DNA from: an uncultured Polynucleobacter sp.
GTDB taxonomy: Bacteria > Pseudomonadota > Gammaproteobacteria > Burkholderiales > Burkholderiaceae
Assembly: GCA_964511855.1 (NCBI GenBank)
Contig: CAZEHN010000006.1
Span: 316 to 64,315, forward strand
Length of the DNA stretch: 64,000 nt
Reading direction: 5' to 3'
Positions 20,113 to 30,939 of the stretch are shown here, in pieces. The position numbers and the translations under genes were made by a program. Below the pieces are notes generated by a model, which was not told where the DNA came from, did no database searches, and was given only the letters and a program-made list of their open reading frames with translations. Each line of letters begins with the position of its first letter. Positions within the stretch are counted from its first letter, which is position 1.

Positions 20113-21140
20113 GCGGCTAACCTTTGAGTTGTAGCAACGAACTGATCTAATTTTTTACGTGCGCTGCCATTTGCAATTGCTTGACGCGCCATTTCTAACC
20201 CAGCTGCAATATCTTTTGCTAAGTCAGCAGCATAAAGTGCAGCGCCCGCGTTCAAGCAAACAATGTCGTGGGCAGCCCCATGTTTGTTATCGAGTACGTC
20301 TAGCATGATTTGACGGGACTCTTCTGGGCCGCCAACTTGAAAAGCGCGACTGCCTGTCATTGCAATGCCAAAATCTTCTGGATGAATTTCATATTCGGTG
20401 ATTTCGCCATTTTTTAACTCACCAACGAGTGTGGATGCGCCTAATGAAATTTCATCTAGACCATCTTTGCCATAGACCACTAAAGCATGCTTTGTTCCAA
20501 GTCTTTGGAGAGCACGAATCTGAATCCCAACTAAGTCAGGATGGAATACACCCATGAGCATGTGAGGCGCATTTGCTGGGTTTGTTAAAGGACCTAAGAT
20601 ATTAAAAATTGTCCGAACACCTAATTCTTTACGAACTGCCGCAACATTTTTCATAGCTGGATGATGGTTGGGAGCAAACATAAACCCAATATTGGTTTCT
20701 TCAATACACTTGCCAACGAGTGGTGCTTGAAGATCAATGCGAGCGCCCAATGCTTCAAGCGCATCGGCACTACCTGATTTACTGCTAACTCCTCGATTGC
20801 CGTGTTTAGCTACTTTGGCTCCTGCAGCTGCAATCACAAACATAGCAGTTGTTGAAATATTGAAGCTATGTGCGCCATCTCCACCTGTGCCAACAATATC
20901 GACAAAATGCTGGTTATCTTTAACTTCAACATGTGTTGCGAACTCACGCATTACGGATGCTGCGGCGGTGATTTCACCGATAGTTTCTTTCTTGGTACGC
21001 AGTCCTATAAGTAATGCGGCTGTTAGCGATGGAGATATTTCGCCTCGCATGATTGAGCGCATTAAACCTAGCATTTCATCATGGAAAATTTCTCGGTGTT
21101 CAATACAACGTAATAGTGCGTCTTGTGGAGTAATGGCCAT
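20109..21140 (-). CDS. trpD: Anthranilate phosphoribosyltransferase
   Basis: [28 protein letters not shown]. Confidence 0.98.
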   Translation of the reverse strand: MAITPQDALLRCIEHREIFHDEMLGLMRSIMRGEISPSLTAALLIGLRTKKETIGEITAAASVMREFATHVEVKDNQHFVDIVGTGGDGAHSFNISTTAMFVIAAAGAKVAKHGNRGVSSKSGSADALEALGARIDLQAPLVGKCIEETNIGFMFAPNHHPAMKNVAAVRKELGVRTIFNILGPLTNPANAPHMLMGVFHPDLVGIQIRALQRLGTKHALVVYGKDGLDEISLGASTLVGELKNGEITEYEIHPEDFGIAMTGSRAFQVGGPEESRQIMLDVLDNKHGAAHDIVCLNAGAALYAADLAKDIAAGLEMARQAIANGSARKKLDQFVATTQRLAA

Positions 21141-21154
21141 AATTGGAGAAACGC

Positions 21155-21724
21155 TTAAATGCGCATTTTTAAAAAGTTATTTAAAAGATCGTGACCGTAT
21201 TCGGAAAGGATCGACTCTGGATGAAATTGAACACCTTCAATTGGATATTCTTTATGGCGAACACCCATAATTTCGCCATCATCTGTGCTTGCAGTAATTT
21301 GTAAGCAGGAAGGTATGCTATTTCTTTCGATTGCAAGCGAGTGGTATCGAGTGACGGTGAAAGATTCCGGAAGACCTGCAAAGATACCCTGACGATTGCT
21401 GTGAACAATATCTGTTTTTCCGTGCATGACACGCTTTGCTCGAATAACTCTGCCGCCAAATGCTTCACCGATCGCTTGATGACCTAAGCAAACTCCAAGC
21501 ATTGGGACTTTGCCTGCAAAGTGTTTGAGCGCTTCTATTGAGATACCTGCTTCTTTTGGGCTGCAAGGGCCTGGTGAAATGCAAATATGATCAGGGTTTA
21601 GTTTCTCAATTTCTTTAATTGAAATTTCATCGTTTCTAAATACCCGAACATCTTGCCCAAGTTCGCCAAAATATTGAACAAGATTGAAGGTAAATGAGTC
21701 GTAGTTATCAATCATTAGCAGCAT
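21155..21724 (-). CDS. trpG: Anthranilate synthase component II (glutamine amidotransferase)
   Basis: [25 protein letters not shown]. Confidence 0.96.
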   Translation of the reverse strand: MLLMIDNYDSFTFNLVQYFGELGQDVRVFRNDEISIKEIEKLNPDHICISPGPCSPKEAGISIEALKHFAGKVPMLGVCLGHQAIGEAFGGRVIRAKRVMHGKTDIVHSNRQGIFAGLPESFTVTRYHSLAIERNSIPSCLQITASTDDGEIMGVRHKEYPIEGVQFHPESILSEYGHDLLNNFLKMRI

Positions 21725-23231
21725 CTAGTCCTCCTTGAACAAGTTCTGCTGCACGAAGTACGGCTCTAGCTTTTGCTTCAGTTTCTTTCCATTCAGACTC
21801 TGGGTCTGAGTCTGCGACCACACCAGCACCTGCTTGTGAATGAACCATGCCTTCATGAATAACGCCAGTTCGAATCACAATCGCAACATCCATCTCGCCT
21901 GAGAAGGATAAGTAACCAGCTGCACCACCATATGGTCCGCGTTTGACGATTTCCATCTCATCGATAATTTCCATTGCTCTGATTTTCGGAGCGCCAGAGA
22001 GTGTGCCAGCTGGGAAAGTGGCTCTTAAAACATCCATATTGCTCGCTTCATCTTTAAGTTCACCTTCAACTGAACTCACGATATGTTGAACATGTGAATA
22101 TTTTTCAATGGCCATTTTTTCCATTACTTTGACAGAGCCAATTTTTGCAATTCGGCCAATATCATTTCGAGCCAAATCAATGAGCATGACATGCTCAGCG
22201 ATTTCTTTTGGATCCGCTAATAATTCACGACCAAGTCTTTCATCATCTTCTGGAGTTGCTCCGCGAGGTCTAGTTCCTGCTAATGGGCGAACGGTAATAA
22301 TTCGTTTGTCTGTCTCACCATTTGCACCGCGTCTTAACTCTTGTCTAACTAAAATCTCAGGAGAAGAACCCACAAGCTGGTGATCACCAAAATCATAGAA
22401 ATATAAATAAGGCGAAGGGTTAAGAGAGCGAAGCGCTCTGTATAAAGACAAAGGAGAGTCAGTGAAAGGCTGACTAATTCTTTGCCCCATTACCACTTGC
22501 ATACAGTCGCCAGCCAAAATGTATTCTTTGGTTCGCTCAACAGCCTTAATAAAATCATTTTTAGCAAAATTACGAATAGCCTCAGTTTTTTTGCTTGCTT
22601 TAGTGTTTGGTTGAATGACTGGTTTATTTAAACTTTGTCTTAATTCATTCAGCCTCTGCTTTGCTTTTTCGAAGGCATTAGGTTCGGCTGGGTCAGCATA
22701 TACGATGAGATAGAGTTTCCCAGCTAAGTTATCGATAACTGCTAATTCTTCAGTAAGTAATAGTTGGATATCCGGTAAGCCTAATTCATCGGGTAATTTA
22801 TGCTTTGCTAATTTTGGTTCAATATAACGAATCGTGTCATATCCAAAATAGCCTGCTAAGCCGCCACAAAATCTCGGTAATCCAGGCTGAATAGCAGCTT
22901 TGTATCTTTGATGAAATTTTTCAATAAAGTCTAGAGGGTTACTGTTATCGGTTTCGATAACTTCACCATCCCTAACAACTTCAGTTAAAGGATTTTGTGG
23001 AGTTCCTACAACTCTCAGAATTGTTCTAGCTGGAAGACCAATAATCGAGTATCTACCAAAGCGTTCGCCACCAACTACCGATTCAAGTAAGAAGGTGTTT
23101 TTAGAGCCCTGTTCTTGAGTTAGTTTTAGGTAAAGTGATAGTGGCGTTTCTAAGTCAGCGAGTGCTTCAGAAACAAGTGGTATTCGATTAAAGCCTTGTT
23201 TAGCTAGAGATTGAAATTCATCTAGATTCAT
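21708..23231 (-). CDS. trpE: Anthranilate synthase component I
   Basis: [40 protein letters not shown]. Confidence 0.97.
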   Translation of the reverse strand: MNLDEFQSLAKQGFNRIPLVSEALADLETPLSLYLKLTQEQGSKNTFLLESVVGGERFGRYSIIGLPARTILRVVGTPQNPLTEVVRDGEVIETDNSNPLDFIEKFHQRYKAAIQPGLPRFCGGLAGYFGYDTIRYIEPKLAKHKLPDELGLPDIQLLLTEELAVIDNLAGKLYLIVYADPAEPNAFEKAKQRLNELRQSLNKPVIQPNTKASKKTEAIRNFAKNDFIKAVERTKEYILAGDCMQVVMGQRISQPFTDSPLSLYRALRSLNPSPYLYFYDFGDHQLVGSSPEILVRQELRRGANGETDKRIITVRPLAGTRPRGATPEDDERLGRELLADPKEIAEHVMLIDLARNDIGRIAKIGSVKVMEKMAIEKYSHVQHIVSSVEGELKDEASNMDVLRATFPAGTLSGAPKIRAMEIIDEMEIVKRGPYGGAAGYLSFSGEMDVAIVIRTGVIHEGMVHSQAGAGVVADSDPESEWKETEAKARAVLRAAELVQGGLDAAND

Positions 23232-23932
23232 TTGACGCTAGCTAGAGCTTTCCTCATTTGATCGATTACAGCCTTGTAATCTGGTTTTCCAAAAATTGCT
23301 GAGCCTGCAACAAAGGTATCTGCACCTGCACGTGCAATTTCAGCAATATTGTCAGGATTTACTCCACCATCTATTTCGAGGCGAATATGACGACCAGTTT
23401 TTTGTTCATATTGGTCAAGAATTTTTCTGGCCTGCTCAAGCTTGCAGAGGCTAGAAGGAATAAATTTCTGTCCACCAAAACCGGGGTTAACTGACATTAG
23501 AAGCACGATATCGATTTTATCCAAGACGTAATCGAGGTGATTGAGTGGAGTAGCAGGATTAAAAACAAGCCCTGCTTGGCAGCCATTGTCTTTAATGAGA
23601 CCAAGGGTGCGATCAATATGTGTACTTGCTTCAGGGTGAAAAGTAATGACATTCGCGCCTGCTTTCGCAAAGTCCGGAATAATTCGGTCAACAGGCTCCA
23701 CCATTAAATGCACGTCAATAATAGCTGGCTTACCATCTTTAACCGCGTGCGGACGAATGGCTTCACAAACAAGAGGCCCTATCGTTAAATTTGGCACAAA
23801 ATGATTGTCCATTACATCAAAGTGGATCCAATCTGCGCCGGCAGCCAAAACACTTTTGACCTCTTCGCCTAATTTGGCGAAATCAGCAGAAAGTAGTGAT
23901 GGGGCGATGAAATTAGCTGAATTTGTATTCAT
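23228..23932 (-). CDS. rpe: Ribulose-phosphate 3-epimerase
   Basis: [35 protein letters not shown]. Confidence 0.98.
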   Translation of the reverse strand: MNTNSANFIAPSLLSADFAKLGEEVKSVLAAGADWIHFDVMDNHFVPNLTIGPLVCEAIRPHAVKDGKPAIIDVHLMVEPVDRIIPDFAKAGANVITFHPEASTHIDRTLGLIKDNGCQAGLVFNPATPLNHLDYVLDKIDIVLLMSVNPGFGGQKFIPSSLCKLEQARKILDQYEQKTGRHIRLEIDGGVNPDNIAEIARAGADTFVAGSAIFGKPDYKAVIDQMRKALASVK

Positions 23933-24014
23933 GGGTTTATTTTAACTTGCCAAATGTACTTTTGGAGGTCTTTTGGGCTTGCATTGCCCCTTCGGATGGC
24001 TGAAAATTCACGCC

Positions 24015-24389
24015 ATGACAAATTTATCGATGAGTATTGCTGTAAAAGTCCAATATGTTGAGGATCAGTCCAATCCTGATGCTCGACAATTTGTTTTTGC
24101 TTATACGGTAACTATTAAAAATGAGGGGTTAATTGCAACGCAGCTCATTGGGCGCCATTGGCAAATTACTGATGGAGAAAATGAGGTTCAGGAAGTCCGT
24201 GGTTTGGGGGTTGTGGGTCAGCAGCCGTTATTAAAGCCGGGGGAGCAATTTGAGTACACCAGTTGGGCAACTTTACCCACACCTGTTGGCACAATGAAGG
24301 GCGAGTATTTTTGTATGAGCGAGCATGCCGATTATTTTGTCGCACCAATTCCTGAATTTACATTGGCAATGCCAAGAACACTGCATTAA
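24015..24389 (+). CDS. apaG: ApaG protein
   Basis: FVFAYTVTI, RHWQITDG, GVVGQQP; start moved to ATG at 24015. Confidence 0.96.
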   Translation: MTNLSMSIAVKVQYVEDQSNPDARQFVFAYTVTIKNEGLIATQLIGRHWQITDGENEVQEVRGLGVVGQQPLLKPGEQFEYTSWATLPTPVGTMKGEYFCMSEHADYFVAPIPEFTLAMPRTLH

Positions 24390-24401
24390 TTCAGTTTCGC
24401 T

Positions 24402-24518
24402 CTACTTTTTTCGGCCTAACATCGTCCAAACTACAATGCCAATCAAGATGAGTAAAGCAACGCCTGCCTCGGCCAAGAGTAACAACATTGGGTATTCATC
24501 AAGCAATTCGGACAGCAT
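24402..24518 (-). CDS. Small single-pass membrane protein (38 aa), absent from the ORF track
   Basis: MLSELLDEYPMLLLLAEAGVALLILIGIVVWTMLGRKK*; SD AGGA just upstream; hydrophobic helix followed by a basic tail; fills the apaG-mltA gap. Confidence 0.7.
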   Translation of the reverse strand: MLSELLDEYPMLLLLAEAGVALLILIGIVVWTMLGRKK

Positions 24519-25683
24519 GAGTTTTCCTATTCCATCAAAAAAATCAATTTACAGAATAGCTCAAATTTTCAGTATTTTGAGCATTTTTACTGTAGTGTTG
24601 GCTGGTTGTATGTCTTCAGGGGTAAGAGAGGAGTCTTCACACTCGAGTTTGTCTGGAGTTACAAAAGGTTTTTCATCTTCTGTTGCGACTTTTCATCCAG
24701 TCTCCTGGGCAAGTTTGCCGGGTTGGAATACGGATTCGTTGGCTCAATCTTGGGAAGCTTGGTTGCAAAGTTGTAAGGTTGCTAACCGCTTTAAGGATGG
24801 GGTTAATTGGCAGCCTGTATGTTCAAAAGCGGCGCAAATCTCAAAGCCTTCAAATGCAGTTGTTAAGGATTATTTCGAAAGAAACTTTCAAGTGTATGAA
24901 ATACGTCATGCAAAAACGTCGGGGCAATACGCTGCAGGAACTGACAAAGGCTTAATTACAGGTTATTACGAGCCAGAAATTTCTGGCTCAAGAGTTCGAG
25001 AAGGAAAATTCCAAACACCGCTATATGCATATCCTGCGACATGGAAGAAGAGCAAGCCATCTCAGTTTCCAACGCGAGCAGAATTACTTTCAAGCGGAAT
25101 GCTTAATGGTACAGAGTTGGCTTGGGTTGAAGATCCTGTTGCTGCTGCATTCATGCAGATTCAGGGATCTGGTCAAATTAGATTGCAGGATGGGAGTACT
25201 TTAAAACTTGGATTTGCTGGTACAAATGAGCAACCTTTTAAATCTTTTGCGCAATGGTTGATTGATAGAGGTGAAATGACTCGAGGGCAAGCGAGTATGC
25301 AGGGTATACAAGAATGGGCAAGAAAAAATCCAGATCGAGTTAACCAAATGCTCAATGCCAATCCAAGGTATGTCTTCTTTAAGGTTATGCAAAGTACAAA
25401 TATCAATCAAGGCCCTGTTGGATCTATTGGAGTTCCTTTAACAGCAGGGAGAAGCATTGCAGTTGATTGGAAGGCAATTCCCCAAGGGGCTCCAATATTT
25501 TTATCCACAACTTATCCAAGTTCAAATCAACTATTACAGCGTTTAGTCTTTGCGCAGGATACTGGTTCAGCAATCATAGGTGGGGTTAGGGCTGATTTCT
25601 TCTGGGGTAGTGGTGATGCAGCTGGTGAAAGCGCTGGTCGTATGAAACAAGTAGGGCGCATGTGGTTGTTATTGCCGATTTAA
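24517..25683 (+). CDS. mltA: Membrane-bound lytic murein transglycosylase A (lipoprotein)
   Basis: Lipobox LAGC, ITGYYEP, QIQGSG, NPRYVFF, AQDTGSAI, ADFFWG; start at 24517 inferred from signal-peptide length. Confidence 0.93.
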   Translation: MSFPIPSKKSIYRIAQIFSILSIFTVVLAGCMSSGVREESSHSSLSGVTKGFSSSVATFHPVSWASLPGWNTDSLAQSWEAWLQSCKVANRFKDGVNWQPVCSKAAQISKPSNAVVKDYFERNFQVYEIRHAKTSGQYAAGTDKGLITGYYEPEISGSRVREGKFQTPLYAYPATWKKSKPSQFPTRAELLSSGMLNGTELAWVEDPVAAAFMQIQGSGQIRLQDGSTLKLGFAGTNEQPFKSFAQWLIDRGEMTRGQASMQGIQEWARKNPDRVNQMLNANPRYVFFKVMQSTNINQGPVGSIGVPLTAGRSIAVDWKAIPQGAPIFLSTTYPSSNQLLQRLVFAQDTGSAIIGGVRADFFWGSGDAAGESAGRMKQVGRMWLLLPI

Positions 25684-25722
25684 CTTAGTGATTAGATCAA
25701 AATAGGCGTGTAATATTTCAGT

Positions 25723-26523
25723 ATGAGATGGTTATTAAATACTCAATTGAAAACATGGATTGGCTGCATCACAACATTTGCCTTACTGTTTGGTTGCGCA
25801 ACTGTTCGTGATCCTGAAGCAGATTTATCAACCCCTGGTGAGCCTAGGGCGGAGATTACAAAGTTTTCTGATTTAACGTCGCAGCAAGATGGTTACAAAG
25901 GTTGGTACCTATGGACCGTTTTGCCATCTAAAAAGAAAACTAATTATCGATTGCAAAAATATCAAGGAAAGACGGTTTTGCATGCGGATGCAAGTTCAAG
26001 CGCATCGGGTTTGGCGATTCCTTTAAAGCCAAGAGACGTTAAAAATTTAACTGTTTCCTGGTCTTGGAAGGCTCTTAATCGATTGAGCACGGCAGATATT
26101 AGCCAAGGCAGTAATGATGATGCACCACTTCGCTTGATGTTGGCTTTTGACGGCGATAAAACAAAGCTTTCTTTCAAAGATCAAATGGCGCTAGAGATGG
26201 CTCAGTTAATTAGTGGCCATGACATGCCTTACGCCACCTTAATGTATGTGTGGGGAGGAAATGCTGAGATTGATTCTGTGATTTCAAATGCACATAGTTC
26301 ACGCGTAAGAATGATTGTGGTTGATAACAATCAAAGTCCAGTTGGCGAATGGCAAAAACATTCAAGAAATATCGCTGATGATTACAAACGAGCTTTTGGT
26401 GAAAGTCCTAGCAAGTTGATTGGTATTGGTGTCATGACAGACAGCGACAACACCAAGAGTAATGTCAAAGCTATTTATGGCGATATTGAATTGCAGCTGA
26501 TGAAATTAAAAGCTAATCATTAA
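25723..26523 (+). CDS. DUF3047-family protein, probable lipoprotein
   Basis: Lipobox LFGC, WSWK, PYATLMYVW, DYKRAFGE, MTDSDNT. Confidence 0.85.
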   Translation: MRWLLNTQLKTWIGCITTFALLFGCATVRDPEADLSTPGEPRAEITKFSDLTSQQDGYKGWYLWTVLPSKKKTNYRLQKYQGKTVLHADASSSASGLAIPLKPRDVKNLTVSWSWKALNRLSTADISQGSNDDAPLRLMLAFDGDKTKLSFKDQMALEMAQLISGHDMPYATLMYVWGGNAEIDSVISNAHSSRVRMIVVDNNQSPVGEWQKHSRNIADDYKRAFGESPSKLIGIGVMTDSDNTKSNVKAIYGDIELQLMKLKANH

Positions 26524-27725
26524 TTGGCTAAAAATTTCATCGAAAGATTGACCCAGTAATTAATTCCAATTGGAATTAATTCATCATTGAAATCGTAAGA
26601 AGGGTTATGTAAGTTACAGGGTCCTAAGCCATGCCCGTGCGAACGATGATCACCATCACCATTGCCTAAAAAAACATAGCAACCGGGCACTTGCTCCAGC
26701 ATATAAGCAAAATCTTCTGATCCCATTGTGGGCTCAAGATTCGCACTCACTCGATGCTCTCCGACTAAGTCTTGCATAACTGTTGTAGCAAATGCAGATT
26801 CGTTAGGATGGTTGATAAGCGGAGGGTAATTTCTTTCGAATTCAACTTCAACAGAACATTCAAAGGCTGCAGCAATTGAATTGGAAATAATTCGCATGCG
26901 TGTTTCAATTAAATCCAGTACTGGAATGGTAAATGTTCTAACTGTCCCAGCGATCCAGGCTTCGTCGGGAATTACATTGCTGGTAAATCCACCGTGAATC
27001 TGAGTAATCGACAAAACAGCTTGATCAATAGGTCTTTTATGTCGAGTAATAATGTTTTGAAGGGCACTTACAAGCTGACTGGCAGCAATAATGGGATCCG
27101 CTCCGTTGTGTGGAAGGGCTGCGTGTGCACCACGTCCCTTGATAGTGATTTTGAATTCATTACTAGAGGCCATCATTGGACCTGGTGTTATTCCAAAGTG
27201 TCCAACTGGCATGCCTGGCCAATTATGAAGACCAAAAACAGCATCGCATGGAAATTTTTCAAATAATCCATCTCGCATCATCTCTCGAGCACCACCACCA
27301 CCTTCTTCGGCTGGTTGAAAAATGACATTAACAACCCCTTTGAAATCACGGTTATTAGAAAGATATTTCGCCGCACCTAAAAGCATGGCGGTATGACCAT
27401 CATGACCGCATGCATGCATTTTTCCTTGGTGCTTAGATGCATGCTCAAACGTATTGTGTTCTGCTAAAGGGAGTGCATCTATATCGGCTCTAAGTCCAAT
27501 TGATTTGCCGGGACCTAAATTACCTTTAATCACGCCAACAACGCCCGTCTTACCCAGTCCTGTATGGACTTCTACGCCCCATAGCTTAAGTTGGTCGGCG
27601 ATTACTTTTGACGTACGCACCTCTTCAAACATGAGCTCGGGGTGGGCGTGGATATCGCGACGAATTCGTTGAATTTCTTCGTTACTCTCAAGGATGGCAG
27701 GCAAAATTCTCATAATTGTTGGCAC
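26520..27725 (-). CDS. M20D amidohydrolase (hippurate hydrolase-like)
   Basis: RRDIHAHPEL, LRADIDALP, MHACGHDGH, FQPAEE, GSEDF. Confidence 0.93.
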   Translation of the reverse strand: MPTIMRILPAILESNEEIQRIRRDIHAHPELMFEEVRTSKVIADQLKLWGVEVHTGLGKTGVVGVIKGNLGPGKSIGLRADIDALPLAEHNTFEHASKHQGKMHACGHDGHTAMLLGAAKYLSNNRDFKGVVNVIFQPAEEGGGGAREMMRDGLFEKFPCDAVFGLHNWPGMPVGHFGITPGPMMASSNEFKITIKGRGAHAALPHNGADPIIAASQLVSALQNIITRHKRPIDQAVLSITQIHGGFTSNVIPDEAWIAGTVRTFTIPVLDLIETRMRIISNSIAAAFECSVEVEFERNYPPLINHPNESAFATTVMQDLVGEHRVSANLEPTMGSEDFAYMLEQVPGCYVFLGNGDGDHRSHGHGLGPCNLHNPSYDFNDELIPIGINYWVNLSMKFLAN

Positions 27726-27788
27726 TTAATTGGTTCCATAAGAAACATCTTAGCTGAAATGGTTTTTATAGGGGGATTCCATGAATTT

Positions 27789-27817
27789 TTGACCTATTTG
27801 TAAACAAAAGGTATAAA
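27789..27817 (+). promoter_or_regulatory. Sigma70-type promoter of fadD with a palindrome in the spacer
   Basis: TTGACC-17-TATAAA; TTTGT-AA-ACAAA at 27797-27808. Confidence 0.55.
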
Positions 27818-27850
27818 TTAACAAAACAAAATACATAAGGAGATTAAAAG

Positions 27851-29521
27851 ATGCAAAAGCCTTGGTTGTCACAATATCCAGCAGGAGTTCCTCATGAAAT
27901 TGATCCATCAACCTACGCATCTTTAGTAGATATTTTTGAGGAATCTTTTGGCAAGTTCGGCGATAGAGAAGCATTCTCATGTATGGGCGAGCCATTAACT
28001 TACGCCCAGTTAGATACTTACTCAAAACAAATTGCCGCTTATTTGCAAAGTTTAGGCATTGAAAGAGGTTCAAGAATTGCCGTCATGATGCCGAATATTT
28101 TGCAAAATCCAATTTCAATTGCGGGGATTTTGCGCGCAGGTTATGTGGTGGTTAATGTTAATCCTTTGTATACGCCGCGAGAGCTAGAGCATCAATTAAA
28201 AGATAGTGGTGCGCAAGCAATTTTGATTTTAGAAAATTTTGCACATGTATTGCAGGCAGTGATTGATAAAGTGCAAGTCAAACATGTTGTTGTTACATCT
28301 ATGGGTGAGATGTTCCCTTTCTTGAAGCGCCACCTCGTTAATTTGGTCGTTCGAAAAGTGAAAAAATTGGTCCCACATTGGCATCTCAAAAATCATGTCT
28401 CTTTTAGAGATGCTTTAGCTAAAGGAGCATCGTTAACTTATAACCGACCTGCAGTTGTCGGTGACGATATTGCTTTTTTGCAATATACCGGTGGTACAAC
28501 AGGGTTATCAAAAGGTGCAACTTTATTGCATCGTAATATTGTGGCAAACGTACTTCAAACAGAGGTTTGGTTGCAGCCTGCATTGGTAGGTAAACAAATT
28601 GATCAGTTGGTATATATCTGTGCATTACCTCTGTATCACATCTTTGCGCTAACAGTTTGTTACATGATGGGTACTCGCTTAGGCGCTAAAAATATTCTTG
28701 TGCCTAATCCTAGAGATATTCCGGATTTCATCAAATTGTTGAAGAAAAATCCTGGTTTTAATATTTTCCCTGCTGTTAATACCCTATATAACGGTTTAGT
28801 AAATCATCCTGATTTTGCATCGGTGGATTTTTCAAAATTGTTTATCAGTAATGGTGGTGGTATGGCAGTTCAAAAAGCTGTTGCCGAGAAGTGGCTTAAG
28901 GTAACTGGTTGTCCAATTGCAGAAGGTTATGGTTTGTCAGAAACTTCACCAGTTGCGACTAGCAATATCCCAACTGTTAAACAATTCACGGGCAACATTG
29001 GATTACCTGTTCCAGGAACGGATGTTGTAATTAGGGATGACGAAGGTAAGGATGTGCCAGTTGGTCAAATTGGCGAAATTTGTATTCGTGGTCCGCAGGT
29101 AATGGCTGGTTATTGGAACAATGTTTCTGAAACTGCAAAAGTAATGACTGCAGATGGCTTCTTTAAATCAGGCGACGTAGGCATGATGGATGAGAATGGT
29201 TACTTTAAGATTGTTGATCGTAAGAAAGACATGATTTTAGTTTCAGGATTCAATGTGTATCCGAATGAAATTGAAGATGTGTTAGCAATGATGCCGGGAG
29301 TATTAGAGTCCGCCGCAGTTGGAGTCCCTGATGCAAATTCAGGGGAAACAGTTAAGGTCTTTGTTGTGAAGAAAGATCCTAATTTAACGGAAGAGCAAAT
29401 TATTAATTTCTGTAAAGAGCAATTAACAAATTACAAGCGACCTAAATATATTGAATTTAGAGCAGAGTTGCCAAAAACAAACGTCGGTAAAATTCTTCGA
29501 CGTGAACTGCGGGATAAGTAA
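27851..29521 (+). CDS. fadD: Long-chain fatty acid-CoA ligase
   Basis: QYTGGTTGLSKG, GYGLSETSP, DRKKDMILVSGFNVYP, PKTNVGKILR. Confidence 0.93.
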   Translation: MQKPWLSQYPAGVPHEIDPSTYASLVDIFEESFGKFGDREAFSCMGEPLTYAQLDTYSKQIAAYLQSLGIERGSRIAVMMPNILQNPISIAGILRAGYVVVNVNPLYTPRELEHQLKDSGAQAILILENFAHVLQAVIDKVQVKHVVVTSMGEMFPFLKRHLVNLVVRKVKKLVPHWHLKNHVSFRDALAKGASLTYNRPAVVGDDIAFLQYTGGTTGLSKGATLLHRNIVANVLQTEVWLQPALVGKQIDQLVYICALPLYHIFALTVCYMMGTRLGAKNILVPNPRDIPDFIKLLKKNPGFNIFPAVNTLYNGLVNHPDFASVDFSKLFISNGGGMAVQKAVAEKWLKVTGCPIAEGYGLSETSPVATSNIPTVKQFTGNIGLPVPGTDVVIRDDEGKDVPVGQIGEICIRGPQVMAGYWNNVSETAKVMTADGFFKSGDVGMMDENGYFKIVDRKKDMILVSGFNVYPNEIEDVLAMMPGVLESAAVGVPDANSGETVKVFVVKKDPNLTEEQIINFCKEQLTNYKRPKYIEFRAELPKTNVGKILRRELRDK

Positions 29522-29535
29522 TGCATTGATAAAAG

Positions 29536-29568
29536 ATAAAAAGGGGAGCGAAATGCTCCCCTTTTTAT
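29536..29568 (+). terminator. Intrinsic terminator after fadD
   Basis: ATAAAAAGGGGAGC-GAAAT-GCTCCCCTTTTTAT. Confidence 0.9.
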
Positions 29569-29608
29569 TGAATTTGATGTGGTCGTATTAAGTTCGTAAA
29601 ATAACAGC

Positions 29609-30259
29609 ATGAACAAACGTATAAGTGCTTCTGATAATTTGATCAATGAATTTGATAGAGCTTTAAGAGCCATTTTTGGGGTAACGCCAATGAGGCGAGA
29701 TGTTCCCCGCCCTTCTATTGAGCAAGCAACTGAAATTGTTGCGCTTACAGATTCAGAAAAAAAACATGCAGCGGGTTTGATGAGAGTGAATCATGTTGGC
29801 GAAGTTTGTGCACAGGCCTTGTATCAAGCTCAAAAACTAACAAGCAGATCAGATCTAGTTAGAGATAAGCTAGAGCACGCTGCCTTTGAAGAAGAGGATC
29901 ATTTAGCCTGGTGTGCAAAGCGCCTTGCGGAGCTTGATTCAAGGCCGAGTTTATTAAACCCAATTTGGTTTGCTGGATCTTTTGCGATTGGTACCATTGC
30001 AGGAGTTGCAGGGGATCGTTGGAGTTTGGGTTTTGTTGCAGAGACAGAGCGACAAGTTGAGAAACATCTGGATGGGCATCTCAATGAGTTGCCTCCTAAA
30101 GACTACAAATCACGAGCTATCGTCGAGCAGATGCGAACCGATGAAATAGCCCATGGGTTAATGGCTGTAGAGCAAGGTGGGGCAGAATTGCCTGACTTTG
30201 TAAAAAAAATGATGGGTGTGGTATCAAAAGTAATGACTAAAACGGCCTATAAAATTTAA
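29609..30259 (+). CDS. coq7: Demethoxyubiquinone hydroxylase (di-iron)
   Basis: [34 protein letters not shown]. Confidence 0.97.
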   Translation: MNKRISASDNLINEFDRALRAIFGVTPMRRDVPRPSIEQATEIVALTDSEKKHAAGLMRVNHVGEVCAQALYQAQKLTSRSDLVRDKLEHAAFEEEDHLAWCAKRLAELDSRPSLLNPIWFAGSFAIGTIAGVAGDRWSLGFVAETERQVEKHLDGHLNELPPKDYKSRAIVEQMRTDEIAHGLMAVEQGGAELPDFVKKMMGVVSKVMTKTAYKI

Positions 30260-30437
30260 GAAAATTATGGCTTATTAGTGGAAATCCACTAGTTAGTTCA
30301 AAATAATTAATATGGTTTCTTAAGTATGTTTTGTAAGTAGATGTTTTATATTCAAATTTTAATAAAACCAACCTCAACATTTTGCTCTAAGTGCTTGTAA
30401 TCACAAGAGAAATTCAAAAAAATTTATATAAAAAGTA

Positions 30438-30490
30438 TTGACCCTAATGCTTGCTGCCATTAAAGTGGGAGAAAGTGTGAAAAAGTGGGG
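30438..30490 (+). promoter_or_regulatory. dcw (Pmra) promoter with three MraZ-binding repeats
   Basis: TTGACC-17-TAAAGT; AAAGTGGG / AAAGTGTG / AAAGTGGG at 10-bp periodicity (GTG at 30465, 30475, 30485). Confidence 0.88.
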
Positions 30491-30498
30491 AAAAATAC

Positions 30499-30927
30499 GT
30501 GTTTCAAGGTGCGTCCGCATTAAATCTAGATGCTAAGGGCAGAATGTCTGTCCCTTCAAGGCATCGTGACGCCCTGCAACTGCAGGGTGAGGGACGTATT
30601 ACGTTAACGAAACACCCAGATGGCTGTTTGTTACTTTTCCCACGACCTGAATGGGAAGCATTTAGATCAAGAGTTGCTCAATTGCCAATGGATGCTCATT
30701 GGTGGAGAAGAATATTTCTTGGAAATGCTTCGGATGTGGAAATTGATGGTTCTGGCCGTTTATTAATTAGTCCGGAACTACGAGCTGCTGCAGGTATCGA
30801 GCGTGAAATTATTTTGTTGGGTATGGGAAGTCATCTAGAAGTTTGGGATGCACAAACTTACGCAGCAAAAGAGCAGTCGGCGATTGCTCAAGGCATGCCC
30901 GAAGCCTTAAGGCAATTTACTTTCTGA
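30499..30927 (+). CDS. mraZ: Division/cell wall cluster repressor MraZ
   Basis: DAKGR and DGSGR duplicated AbrB-like motifs; GTG start; first gene of the dcw cluster. Confidence 0.97.
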   Translation: MFQGASALNLDAKGRMSVPSRHRDALQLQGEGRITLTKHPDGCLLLFPRPEWEAFRSRVAQLPMDAHWWRRIFLGNASDVEIDGSGRLLISPELRAAAGIEREIILLGMGSHLEVWDAQTYAAKEQSAIAQGMPEALRQFTF

Positions 30928-30939
30928 TGTTAGGAATTT

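Noticed and set aside
20737..21270. 177-aa plus-strand ORF and similar antisense ORFs over sspA, prfA, ychF, trpE, ftsZ, secA, the CorC gene and GST
   Set aside because: They lie opposite well-conserved genes and have no recognisable motifs; expected antisense shadows
24325..24516. Long N-terminal extension of MltA given by the ORF track
   Set aside because: Overlaps apaG and would give an implausibly long lipoprotein signal; the region is better explained by the minus-strand small ORF
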